NCBI GenBank assembly: GCA_045603805.1 | Contig: JAZUMU010000009.1 | Coordinates: 6,944-70,943, forward strand | Length of the DNA: 64,000 bases | Direction of reading: 5' to 3' | Origin: Candidatus Nanosyncoccus sp. | Lineage (GTDB): Bacteria; Patescibacteriota; Saccharimonadia; Saccharimonadales; Saccharimonadaceae | Shown here: positions 1 through 9,072 of the stretch, one piece after another | How positions within the stretch are numbered: position 1 is the first letter of the stretch | Layout of the letters: each line of letters opens with the position of its first letter | Made by a program: the position numbers and the translations under genes | The notes under the pieces: generated by a model | Seen by the model: only the letters and a program-made list of their open reading frames with translations | What the model was told of the DNA's origin: nothing | Databases searched by the model: none

Positions 1-1928
1 AGCGCTCTCGTCGACGTGAAGCTAAATCAGACTTAATGCAAATCTATCGTACTATTTCACATTCTGATGCCAGCGAAGATTCTGACGTTAAGCGCTCGAA
101 TGCTAACGTGGATGGAAATTCGGCCATGGGAAAAATGTTGCAATTCGGGGCGGAAGGTTCAAAAGTTTTTGCAAAATCCCTGATGCTTCGTCCTGATATT
201 GCGGCCGCGCATGATAATGGCGATATTCATATTCATGATCTTGATTTTTATGCTACGGGAACTTTGACTTGTTGTCAGAGCGATCCGTTTGTTTTGTTTG
301 AAAACGGGGGGTTTAATACCGGTCACGGGCATCTTCGTACTCCTAATTCTATTGGTAGTTACGGTGCTTTAGCAGCGATTTTGCTTCAGGCAAATCAAAA
401 TGAACAACATGGTGGGCAATCAATTCCTAACTTCGATTATGCTATGGCGCCAGGAGTAAATAAATCCTATCGGAAGGCTCTAAAACGTAATTTAAATAAA
501 TATAACAAATTTACGGGGAAAAAGCTCGACCTAGAAATTAAAGATGATTATGAGTTTGGTGATGATAAAAAATTAGCAAAAGCTAAATGGCCGAAAGAAG
601 TTCTTGAGGCTTCAAATGAGGATGTAGAACGCGAAACTTGGCAAGCTATGGAAGGATTTATCCATAACCTAAATACTATGCATAGTCGAGCTGGGGCGCA
701 AGTTCCGTTTACTTCAATTAACTTCGGAACTGATACTACCCCTGCAGGACGACTGGTCTCTAAATATTTGCTAGAGGCAACCGAAAATGGTTTGGGTAAG
801 GGCGAAACTCCCATTTTTCCAATTTCAATTTTCAAGGTTAAGGAAGGGGTTAATTATAATCCAGAAGATCCAAATTACGATTTATTTAAAAAATCGATGG
901 AAGTATCTGCTAAAAGATTATTCCCGAATTTTTGTTTTATTGATGCCCCATATAATTTAAAATATTATAAGAAAGGTGATTATAGGACGGAGATTGCAAC
1001 CATGGGATGCAGAACCAGAGTGTTTGCTTCGGTTTTTCCAGAAAGTGATGGGATCGTTACTGGACGAGGGAATTTATCGTTTACCACTGTAAATTTAGTT
1101 AGAATTGGGATTAAACATGGAATATGTTTGGGGGAGCGTAAAGAAGCGGATTGGGAAGGATTCTATAAAGAACTTGATGAAAAAATGGACTTAGTAAAAG
1201 ATGAGTTGCTTGAAAGATTTGAATTCCAGGCCAACCAACATGTGCGAAACTTCCCGTTCTTGATGGGTCAAGGAAACTGGTTTGGGAGCGAGAAGCTCGG
1301 TTGGAATGATACTTTAAGAGATGTAATTAAGCATGGTACGCTTTCTATTGGGTTTATTGGATTGGCTGAAACTTTAGTTGCTATGACCGGAAAACACCAT
1401 GGTGAAGATGAAGATTCTAGAGATTTAGGATTGGATATAGTTACTCATATGCGCGAGAACTGTGATAAATATTCTAAAAAATATAAATTGAATTTTTCGT
1501 TGCTTGCCACGCCAGCTGAAGGAATTGCGGGGCGCTTTACGAAAATTGATCGGAAGGAGTTCGGCGTGATTCCTGGCGTAACCGACCGTGATTTCTATAC
1601 GAATTCTTTCCACGTGCCAGTTTATTATCCAATTTCTGCTTTTGAAAAGATTGAGATTGAAGCGCCTTATCATAATCTATGTAATGCGGGGCATATTACT
1701 TATATTGAGCTGGATGGTGATCCATCTCAGAATTTACCAGCGTTCGAGGCGGTAATAAGGAAGATGCATGATGAGGGAATTGGATACGGCTCAGTTAATC
1801 ACCCCGTGGATAGGGATCCAGTATGTGGTTTTTCGGGGATTATTACCGGAGAAAGGTGCCCGCATTGCGGTAGATTAGAGGGCGATTTACCGTTCGAAAA
1901 AGTTTGCAACTGTGCTAAGGGTGAATAA
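1..1928 (+). CDS. nrdD: anaerobic ribonucleoside-triphosphate reductase (class III RNR), probably 5'-partial
   Basis: The frame is open from the window start, with no stop before Met36. NrdD-type motifs: GDIHIHDLD, TCCQ, FTSINFG, ATMGCRTRV, GRGNLSFTTVNL, and a C-terminal CPHCG zinc ribbon. nrdG follows directly. Confidence 0.9.
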   Translation, partial: RSRRREAKSDLMQIYRTISHSDASEDSDVKRSNANVDGNSAMGKMLQFGAEGSKVFAKSLMLRPDIAAAHDNGDIHIHDLDFYATGTLTCCQSDPFVLFENGGFNTGHGHLRTPNSIGSYGALAAILLQANQNEQHGGQSIPNFDYAMAPGVNKSYRKALKRNLNKYNKFTGKKLDLEIKDDYEFGDDKKLAKAKWPKEVLEASNEDVERETWQAMEGFIHNLNTMHSRAGAQVPFTSINFGTDTTPAGRLVSKYLLEATENGLGKGETPIFPISIFKVKEGVNYNPEDPNYDLFKKSMEVSAKRLFPNFCFIDAPYNLKYYKKGDYRTEIATMGCRTRVFASVFPESDGIVTGRGNLSFTTVNLVRIGIKHGICLGERKEADWEGFYKELDEKMDLVKDELLERFEFQANQHVRNFPFLMGQGNWFGSEKLGWNDTLRDVIKHGTLSIGFIGLAETLVAMTGKHHGEDEDSRDLGLDIVTHMRENCDKYSKKYKLNFSLLATPAEGIAGRFTKIDRKEFGVIPGVTDRDFYTNSFHVPVYYPISAFEKIEIEAPYHNLCNAGHITYIELDGDPSQNLPAFEAVIRKMHDEGIGYGSVNHPVDRDPVCGFSGIITGERCPHCGRLEGDLPFEKVCNCAKGE

Positions 1929-2479
1929 TGACTGATTGGTGTGAACTTTCTTTAGAAAAATTAGCTAGGCAGGTCGAGACGCCGGACGGAATGATCCGGC
2001 TCTCCGGCCCCTTAGAAAGAGATAATATCGTTAATGGAGATGGCCTGAGGGCGGTGGTTTGGACCCAGGGATGCCCCAATCATTGCCCGGGGTGTCAAAA
2101 CCCTGAAACTTGGGACTACTGCTCAGGGGTTTTGATGCCGATAGAGGATGTTTTAAACCAACTCTCAACTTTTAAGGGCCAGGCCGGGTTAACTTTTTGT
2201 GGGGGGGAGCCGTTTGTCCAGGCTAAGGCTTGCAGAAGAATCGCTGATTATGTAAGAAAAGAATTCGGTTGGGATGTTTGGAGTTTTTCGGGATTTACTT
2301 ATGAGGCAATAAAAGAATTTGGCGGGGAACCTTGGGAGTTTCTAAAATCCTTGGACGTTTTGATTGATGGCCCGTTTATCATGAAGCAACGAGATTTAAG
2401 TTTAAAGTATCGGGGCTCTAGGAATCAAAGATTATTAAGATTAGAATATGGTACGGGAAAGATATTGTCTATAGAATAG
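1928..2479 (+). CDS. nrdG: anaerobic ribonucleotide reductase activating protein (radical SAM)
   Basis: TAATG overlap with nrdD. VNGDGLR is followed by the radical-SAM cluster CPNHCPGC, and there is a GGEP motif. The 183-aa size is typical. Confidence 0.85.
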   Translation: MTDWCELSLEKLARQVETPDGMIRLSGPLERDNIVNGDGLRAVVWTQGCPNHCPGCQNPETWDYCSGVLMPIEDVLNQLSTFKGQAGLTFCGGEPFVQAKACRRIADYVRKEFGWDVWSFSGFTYEAIKEFGGEPWEFLKSLDVLIDGPFIMKQRDLSLKYRGSRNQRLLRLEYGTGKILSIE

Positions 2480-2530
2480 TATAGTAGTCCGCAGCGAAAA
2501 AACTATGGGTGGTGTTGTATAATATATATT

Positions 2531-3310
2531 ATGAAGATAGCAATTTTAGGAGCTGGAGCTTTTGGGACTGCTCTTGGAGGAGTACTAGCGGAAAATGGCC
2601 ACGAGGTGGGCTATTATGATCCAGCGATAGGAAATTCATCTCTTTTAGAGGCATTGAGAGGTTCGGAATATATAGTTTTATGTGTGCCTTCTATGGTTGT
2701 ACAGGACATATTGCTTAGTTTGCCAAAGGATAGACCTCTTATTGTTGCAACAAAAGGCATATTGTCGCCTAGAATATTCGAAGATTATAAAGATTATATG
2801 GTGTTAAGTGGTCCGGGGTTTGCTAAAGATATAAAGGAACATAAAAATACTAAACTCACAGCTACGGATAAGCGTATTATAGATCTATTTAAAACTGATT
2901 ATCTAGATTTTGATCATACGGATGATAAAAAAGGGGTTTTGATGTGCGGGGCGCTAAAGAACGTCTATGCGATTTTGGCGGGAATGGAAAAAATATCCCC
3001 AAACACTGACAAACAACTTAAATTTCTTACAGAAGTTTCGGGAGAAATGAAGGCGCTGCTTTTGGCTAATGGGGCTAGACCAGAAACGGTTGACTTAGAA
3101 TGTGGTATAGGCGATTTAAGAATTACCTGTGCTCCACCATCTCGTAATTTCGAATTCGGAGTTCAGCTACGAAAAAAACCCAACTACAAACCAGAAAAGA
3201 CTGTAGAGGGTGTTCCGGCCTTAAAACGTATAAAAAATGGAGAATTAATTATTCCTAGTAGTGCGGTGAAGTTAAAAGAGTTGCTAAAAAGGAGTGAAAA
3301 ATGGGCTTAA
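2531..3310 (+). CDS. gpsA: NAD(P)H-dependent glycerol-3-phosphate dehydrogenase, short form
   Basis: Rossmann motif GAGAFGTALG, plus ATKGI, SGPGFAKDI and LKNVYAILAG. At 259 aa it is shorter than typical GpsA. Confidence 0.75.
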   Translation: MKIAILGAGAFGTALGGVLAENGHEVGYYDPAIGNSSLLEALRGSEYIVLCVPSMVVQDILLSLPKDRPLIVATKGILSPRIFEDYKDYMVLSGPGFAKDIKEHKNTKLTATDKRIIDLFKTDYLDFDHTDDKKGVLMCGALKNVYAILAGMEKISPNTDKQLKFLTEVSGEMKALLLANGARPETVDLECGIGDLRITCAPPSRNFEFGVQLRKKPNYKPEKTVEGVPALKRIKNGELIIPSSAVKLKELLKRSEKWA

Positions 3311-6300
3311 ATTCTAAACAGAAAGAGGCTGTCGAATATTTAGAAGGCCCACTTTTAGTTTTGGCTGGGCCAGGCACTGGCAAAACCCAATTGCTTTCGG
3401 AAAAAGTGGCGTATATCTTGAAGAATACTGATACTAATCCAGAAAATATTTTATGTCTTACTTTTACCGAAACTGGCGCGTCTAATATGCGCGAGCGGTT
3501 AAAGAGTATCATTGGCAAAGACGGGCTAAAGGTAAATATTGGCACGTATCATGCTTTCGGTACAGATATTCTTACTCAATACAAAAACTATGCTGAAGAT
3601 TATAATAGAAAGTTAGATTCCGCAATAGATGAAGTAACACAATTTAAAATTGTTCGCGGCATCCAGAATAAATTGCCAGGACGTGATATTCTACGCGGTG
3701 ACAATGTAAAGGATATTATCGAGGTAATATCTTCGGCAAAATCTGTGGGGCTTTTGGCAGATGATCTTAAAAGAATTGCCGAGCAGAATTTGGAAGATTC
3801 TAAAGTATTATCTGAAGCGATTTCGCCATTACTCAAAAATATTGTACCGCGTGCATTTAAGGAATCTTATGAAAAAGCTTATCGACCAATATACGAAATA
3901 CTCATAAACTACGCGGATGCACAACCGATTTTATCCGGTGTGGAGCGTTCCATCGCAGACTTAGCACGAGATTTGAAAATAGCGGTAGTAGAAGCAGAAT
4001 CTGCGGAAAAAATTAAGCCACTTTCTAGCTGGAAAGATAAATATTTCGAAAAGGACGAGAAGGGAAATTACCGACTTAAAGATCGCGTGGCTAACAAAAA
4101 ATTACTCAGCATTGCCAGGGTGATGGGTGAATATGATGACTATTTGCGAGAAAATGGCCTGTATGATTTTGATGATATGATTCAGGAGGCAGTAAGAATA
4201 CTAAAAGCTGATAATGGCTTTAAACTTACGCTGCAAGAACACTATCAGTTTATTATGTTGGATGAATTTCAGGATACTAATCCATCGCAATTTGCGATAA
4301 TCAAACAGTTGACAGACTACGAAAAGCCAATGATTATGGCGGTGGGGGATGATGATCAGGCGATTTATGAATTTCAGGGAGCGCTTTCTACAAACTTAAC
4401 AGATTTTCAGGTACATTACGGGGCAAATGTAATACCACTGGTAGAAAATTATCGTAGCACGCAGGAAATTTTGGATTTTTCACGCAAGATTATCAACCAA
4501 GCGCCGGATAGGTTTGCGGATAAGGAATTAATAGCTCATAAGCCCGCACCAGAAAAAACGCAGATTTTTCGTCATGAATTTTTAAGCTCGGACATGGAGT
4601 ATGATTTTATTGCGCGCAGGGTTCATCAGTTAATAAAAACCGGCGTGAAGCAAAGTGACATCGCTATAATTTCGTACAAAACTAAATATTTTATGCCGCT
4701 TTTGCCATACCTGAAGGCGCGGCCAGAGATAAAAATTGCTTATGAAAAGCGCGATAATTTATTTGAAGATGAGGTAATACACGAAATTCTCACTTTGGCA
4801 CGGTTTATTTATGAAATAAAGAATAATCTGAGTGGCAATACATCTATTTTGGAAATTTTAGCATATCCATTTTTTAAATTACCAATGTTGGAAGTAATAA
4901 AAGTTACTAGTGAGGCCAGAAAAGACCGCAAAGCGATATTTGAGCGTTTAAGTGCTTCGGAGAATGCGGAAATTAAGCAGGTGACGGAGTGGCTAGCAAA
5001 TTTAGTTGCAAAATCTTTTACAGAGCCACTAGAGGTAATATTGGGCTATATGATTGGTTCGACGGAATTAGACGGCTATCGTTCACCGCTTTTAGCATAT
5101 TATACGAAAGATAATGAATACGAGGCGTTCAATCTATATGAGAATTTAGCTTCGCTGAGGGGAAAACTGAGAAAGCATTTTGGCGAGAAGAGTCTAAAAT
5201 TGGACGATCTAATTGATATGGTAGATGATTATGAAGCTGCCGAAATGACACTAAATAAGACTAGCCCATATAAAGATGCAGATGAGGCCGTACAAATACT
5301 AACTGCACATAAAGCTAAGGGGCTCGAATTTGAATATGTTTTTATTATATCGGCAGACCATGTGGCATGGGGCAAAGGTAAGGGAAACAACAACTTATTG
5401 GCTCTACCGAAAAACTTAATGCAGATACGGCATACTGGCACCACGGACGGTGAAAAACTACGTATACTATATGTGGCATTAACGCGGGCGAAAAGTACAC
5501 TATATATTACGAATTCTTTGCATGATTTTAATGACAAAGCGCCGGATAGATTAGAATATCTCGAAGAGTATACAGATGGTGACGAGGTATTTTCGCCATT
5601 AATTCCGGCCGGAAAAGTAGATTGCCACTATGAATCAAGCGCGTCCGTTTCTTCCGACAAAACAGAGAATTTAAGGCATTGGTTGGCGCCATATACCAAG
5701 CTAACGCCCGATATGCGAGCAATTTATCGGGATAGAGTGAAGAATTGGCGGATGTCCGCATCGAGCTTGACTTCGTTTATAGATATCGTATATGCTGGCC
5801 CAGTGGAGTTCTTTAAGCGGCAAATTCTGCGTGCGCCGGCAGAACCAGAAACGGAAGCTTTGGCTTTTGGTGATTTGGTGCATAAAACTTTTGAGATGGT
5901 AACCAATCGAGGTTTTTCTGACGAAAAGGCGGTAGAATACTTTTTAGCGGAACTTGAGAAAAAGGAGTTACCACAAGATATTATGCAAAAAATCCGCGAA
6001 AAGGGCCCGGCTGATCTTGCAGTTTCACTGAATAAATTCGGGGAGATTTTACGCCAGGGTAAGGCGGAAGTAAACCTTGCGTCGGAGAAATTATCTATAG
6101 ATGGTGTACCAGTAACTGGCAAAATCGACCATATATTGATAGATGATAAGGCTAAAACGATTGAGACATATGATTTTAAAACTGGTGGCTATCATAAGGA
6201 AAAATGGCGTTCGTATGCGACATTATATAAATATATGTTGCAACTGGGGTTTTATAAATTACTTTTAAATAATTCTCTGGCTTATAAAAAATATAGGGTG

Positions 6301-6543
6301 GAGCGGGCACACATATTGTTCGTTACACCTGATAAAGACGATGAAGTATACGACAAAGTGTATGAATTTAATGCGGAGGATGAGACGGAGCTAATAGCGC
6401 TAGTGCGTGCTGTATACAGTATGGTCCTTGACCTTAGTTTTATGAAAAACTCGGAAATATTCCGCTCAGCGGACAATACGCTAGGGATAAAAGACATCAA
6501 GAAATTTATTGAGCTACTGCTTGCAAAAAGCATCAAAATATAA
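3301..6543 (+). CDS. UvrD/PcrA-type helicase fused to a C-terminal PD-(D/E)XK nuclease (AddA-like)
   Basis: Walker A AGPGTGKT, DEFQDTNP, VGDDDQAIYEFQGA, ENYRST, AHKAKGLEFE and VALTRAK. The C-terminus has GKIDHILID...YDFKTG...QLGFYKLL, which is nuclease-like. Confidence 0.85.
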   Translation: MGLNSKQKEAVEYLEGPLLVLAGPGTGKTQLLSEKVAYILKNTDTNPENILCLTFTETGASNMRERLKSIIGKDGLKVNIGTYHAFGTDILTQYKNYAEDYNRKLDSAIDEVTQFKIVRGIQNKLPGRDILRGDNVKDIIEVISSAKSVGLLADDLKRIAEQNLEDSKVLSEAISPLLKNIVPRAFKESYEKAYRPIYEILINYADAQPILSGVERSIADLARDLKIAVVEAESAEKIKPLSSWKDKYFEKDEKGNYRLKDRVANKKLLSIARVMGEYDDYLRENGLYDFDDMIQEAVRILKADNGFKLTLQEHYQFIMLDEFQDTNPSQFAIIKQLTDYEKPMIMAVGDDDQAIYEFQGALSTNLTDFQVHYGANVIPLVENYRSTQEILDFSRKIINQAPDRFADKELIAHKPAPEKTQIFRHEFLSSDMEYDFIARRVHQLIKTGVKQSDIAIISYKTKYFMPLLPYLKARPEIKIAYEKRDNLFEDEVIHEILTLARFIYEIKNNLSGNTSILEILAYPFFKLPMLEVIKVTSEARKDRKAIFERLSASENAEIKQVTEWLANLVAKSFTEPLEVILGYMIGSTELDGYRSPLLAYYTKDNEYEAFNLYENLASLRGKLRKHFGEKSLKLDDLIDMVDDYEAAEMTLNKTSPYKDADEAVQILTAHKAKGLEFEYVFIISADHVAWGKGKGNNNLLALPKNLMQIRHTGTTDGEKLRILYVALTRAKSTLYITNSLHDFNDKAPDRLEYLEEYTDGDEVFSPLIPAGKVDCHYESSASVSSDKTENLRHWLAPYTKLTPDMRAIYRDRVKNWRMSASSLTSFIDIVYAGPVEFFKRQILRAPAEPETEALAFGDLVHKTFEMVTNRGFSDEKAVEYFLAELEKKELPQDIMQKIREKGPADLAVSLNKFGEILRQGKAEVNLASEKLSIDGVPVTGKIDHILIDDKAKTIETYDFKTGGYHKEKWRSYATLYKYMLQLGFYKLLLNNSLAYKKYRVERAHILFVTPDKDDEVYDKVYEFNAEDETELIALVRAVYSMVLDLSFMKNSEIFRSADNTLGIKDIKKFIELLLAKSIKI

Positions 6544-6666
6544 TATATATGGTATGTACGCAGTTTTCGAGATTGCTAGGTACCTGTTGCGATGAGTGCC
6601 GTGTGGTTTCGGTGACCGTATATGAAATATGCAAAATATAGCACTTTTGAAAGGTGGTGAAAATGA

Positions 6667-6828
6667 GTGGGCAATATCATTATAAAAGATCTGACAATGG
6701 GTCGATCTTGGACTTTTACTCCGACCAATGCTGGCTACTATGCTGCGGCAGCGAAAATCGAAGAGATTATTCAGCAAGGTCATAGGGCCGGAGGAGATGT
6801 AGGTCGCGTAAAGTCTTATACTGGATAA
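6667..6828 (+). CDS. small hypothetical protein (53 aa, GTG start), absent from the ORF track
   Basis: AGGTGGTGA lies 6 nt upstream of the GTG. The ORF VGNIIIKDLTMGRSWTFTPTNAGYYAAAAKIEEIIQQGHRAGGDVGRVKSYTG ends 15 nt before a clean terminator hairpin. Confidence 0.3.
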   Translation: MGNIIIKDLTMGRSWTFTPTNAGYYAAAAKIEEIIQQGHRAGGDVGRVKSYTG

Positions 6829-6843
6829 ATCACCCCTACAGAT

Positions 6844-6869
6844 GGCAAGACTAAGGTCTTGCCATTTTT
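6844..6869 (+). terminator. rho-independent terminator
   Basis: GGCAAGAC-TAAG-GTCTTGCC followed by ATTTTT. Confidence 0.55.
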
Positions 6870-6897
6870 CCTGAAGTGTGATAGAATAGTAGCAATT

Positions 6898-7107
6898 ATG
6901 GCAAAGAAGAATAATACTAAAAGAAAACTTGTTGGTCTAGTTTCTGAAGAATCTGGTGTACGTGCGTATTATACCAAGAAAAATACTATGAATACTCCAG
7001 ACAAGCTTAGCCTTAGGAAGTACGATCCCGTACTTAGAAAACATGTTTTGTTTGTTGAGACTAAGAAGAATTTAGGTCGCAACGAGGTTAAAGAGAAGAA
7101 ACGCTAA
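6898..7107 (+). CDS. rpmG: 50S ribosomal protein L33
   Basis: MAKK... YYTKKNTMNTPDKLSLRKYDPVLRKHVLFVETKK matches the L33 core pattern. It has a lysine-rich C-terminal tail. TGnTAGAAT lies 10 nt upstream of the ATG. Confidence 0.8.
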   Translation: MAKKNNTKRKLVGLVSEESGVRAYYTKKNTMNTPDKLSLRKYDPVLRKHVLFVETKKNLGRNEVKEKKR

Positions 7108-7145
7108 AAATTCCCATTTTGGGGATTTTTTGTTTAAACGCTATT

Positions 7146-7871
7146 ATGAAAATTGAGTTTATCCCCATTAAAACTAGAATCGTTTGCGCGCCAAAAGATA
7201 ATATTTATGATATAATCGATGGTTTATGTGTACGTGATGGTGATATTATCTTTATAACATCAAAAATTATATCTCTGCATCAAGGGCAAACTCGTAAAAT
7301 TGGTGAAGTAGAAAAGATGGATCTAATCCGGCAGGAAGCAGATAGGTATTTGCCGTATGTTAATGAAGCCGGTGATTTTAATGTAAATTTAACCGTGACG
7401 CAAAATGTATTAATACCAGCCGCGGGGATAGACGAGAGCAATGCTAACGGATATTATATACTTTGGCCTAAGCGTATAGACAATTTTTGTCGTATGGTAC
7501 GGAAACGTTTAATGGAGAAATTTGGCATCGAAAGACTTGGGGTGGTCGCAACTGATTCCCATACTACTCCGTTACGTTGGGGAGTGACAGGTATTACAAT
7601 TGGTCTGGCCGGAGTAGAACCTTTGGAAGATATTCGTGGCGAAAAAGATTTGTTTGGGCGAGAAATGAAAATGACCAAAGTCAATCTCATTGATCCTCTG
7701 ACTTCGATGGCAGTGCTACTAATGGGCGAAGGGGACGAGGGAGCACCAATTGTGATTTTACGTGGGTATGACGGAATATCTTTTTCGGATGACGCATCCA
7801 TGAAAGATTTTAAGATAGAACCAGAAATGGATCTTTATAGGCCATTGATTGAAGTTTTACCTAAAACTTAA
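7146..7871 (+). CDS. F420-0:gamma-glutamyl ligase (CofE)-like family protein
   Basis: ITSKIISLHQG, AAGIDESNANG and ATDSHTTPLRWG resemble the CofE/F420-ligase fold. Start chosen at MKIEFIP. Confidence 0.65.
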   Translation: MKIEFIPIKTRIVCAPKDNIYDIIDGLCVRDGDIIFITSKIISLHQGQTRKIGEVEKMDLIRQEADRYLPYVNEAGDFNVNLTVTQNVLIPAAGIDESNANGYYILWPKRIDNFCRMVRKRLMEKFGIERLGVVATDSHTTPLRWGVTGITIGLAGVEPLEDIRGEKDLFGREMKMTKVNLIDPLTSMAVLLMGEGDEGAPIVILRGYDGISFSDDASMKDFKIEPEMDLYRPLIEVLPKT

Positions 7872-7872
7872 T

Positions 7873-9072
7873 TTATGTGTATTGAGATAATCGGTAGTTT
7901 AAATCTCTTAAGACATTCTCGAAATACATGAAACTTTCGTAGGGCGATGCGTATGCTGAAAAATATGCGTGCACGTCGCCATCATTCCAGTATTTAGTGC
8001 ACATAGAGTAGGGATGATCCGACGTAGTTAGTAAGCGCCAATCATGAATTAGATTAGCATCGTTCGTCTTTAAGATCTTTTCACGTATAGAATATAAATC
8101 TTGCATAGCTGAAGTTTGCATTGCGTTTGAGAGCCAAGCGGACAGGTCCCGTTCCGCATCGGCCCAGGTTACAGTTTCGGGCATAGAGATTTCGCCGACC
8201 GGGCTCGCAATATTGCACTCTTCAGACACTGTGATGAACCGATTTTCATATTCAGATAACCAAGAAGGTATTAGATCGTCTATAAAACTAAAAATTCCTG
8301 TATCTTTCCATTGGTGTTCTCCAAAAGTCTCAAAATCCATAAAGAGGTTAACTATATTGCCGCGCAGACATTCCATGTTAATCCAGTTTTGGTATTTTGG
8401 TACGGTAAGCGGCCATTCACTCCAACTTCGATTAGAGAAACGAAAAGCAATATCGTCGGATAGGCGATAGTTCTTCAAGAGTAGTTTAATATTTTTGCAG
8501 TTTGAGGGTTTATAAACATAATTTGGGCTGCGCCAACCTAAAATTTTATCCCATCCTTCAGCTAAAATACCTTTATAACCTTTTTTTTCAGCCCAATGGG
8601 CGAGATTATCATTGTAGGCGAGCTCGGTATTACGAAATACTTGTGGAGTTATGCCAAAAATTTCTTCGATTTTATGTGTGTGCTGCTCAACTTGATAATT
8701 GAATTCGTCCATATTGTAGAGGAAGGCCAATGAGTGATAATATGTTTCGCTAACTATTTCAGTTTGACCGCGGTCCACCATTCGTTTTATTTGTCTAATA
8801 AGCTCGGGGTCCCACTTTTCGGCTTGTTCTAGCCAAGTCCCGGTGATTGAAAGGGAGATTTTAAAATCGGGATACTTTTGCATATTTTTTTCTAATAAAT
8901 CTAGCATCGGATGGTAAGATTTCTGAGCAACTTTTTTAAAGATACGTTCATTTGATTGTCTACCATTATAATTGTCGTTAAAATAGTTAGAATTATTGCC
9001 TACATCAAAAATGGAATATTCGCGATAACGAACAGGTTGATGAATGTGTAGATATAAGCAAATTGCACGCAT
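7873..9072 (-). CDS. glycoside hydrolase family 57 (alpha-glucan active)
   Basis: N-terminal LYLHIHQPVR and an overall GH57-like pattern (FETFGEHQW). Directly downstream of a glycosyltransferase gene. Confidence 0.75.
   Translation of the reverse strand: MRAICLYLHIHQPVRYREYSIFDVGNNSNYFNDNYNGRQSNERIFKKVAQKSYHPMLDLLEKNMQKYPDFKISLSITGTWLEQAEKWDPELIRQIKRMVDRGQTEIVSETYYHSLAFLYNMDEFNYQVEQHTHKIEEIFGITPQVFRNTELAYNDNLAHWAEKKGYKGILAEGWDKILGWRSPNYVYKPSNCKNIKLLLKNYRLSDDIAFRFSNRSWSEWPLTVPKYQNWINMECLRGNIVNLFMDFETFGEHQWKDTGIFSFIDDLIPSWLSEYENRFITVSEECNIASPVGEISMPETVTWADAERDLSAWLSNAMQTSAMQDLYSIREKILKTNDANLIHDWRLLTTSDHPYSMCTKYWNDGDVHAYFSAYASPYESFMYFENVLRDLNYRLSQYT

Noticed and set aside
1985-2010. The IRLSGPL peptide in the N-terminal extension of NrdG looked like a displaced glycyl-radical motif (R-V-x-G-Y).
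   Set aside because: Pro replaces the aromatic residue. The segment runs straight into the canonical NrdG VNGDGLR/CxxxCxxC region. N-terminal extensions of this length occur in other NrdG proteins. There is no support for a split radical domain.
6514-6783. An 89-aa minus-strand ORF spanning the helicase 3' end and the intergenic region.
   Set aside because: It overlaps the helicase stop region, has no start signals, and runs against the plus-strand SD/terminator organisation seen there.
6808-6828. The C-terminal RVKSYTG of the 53-aa small ORF resembles the NrdD RVCGYLG motif.
   Set aside because: The critical Gly is a Ser. The motif sits at the extreme C-terminus with no flanking similarity. 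Most likely coincidence.
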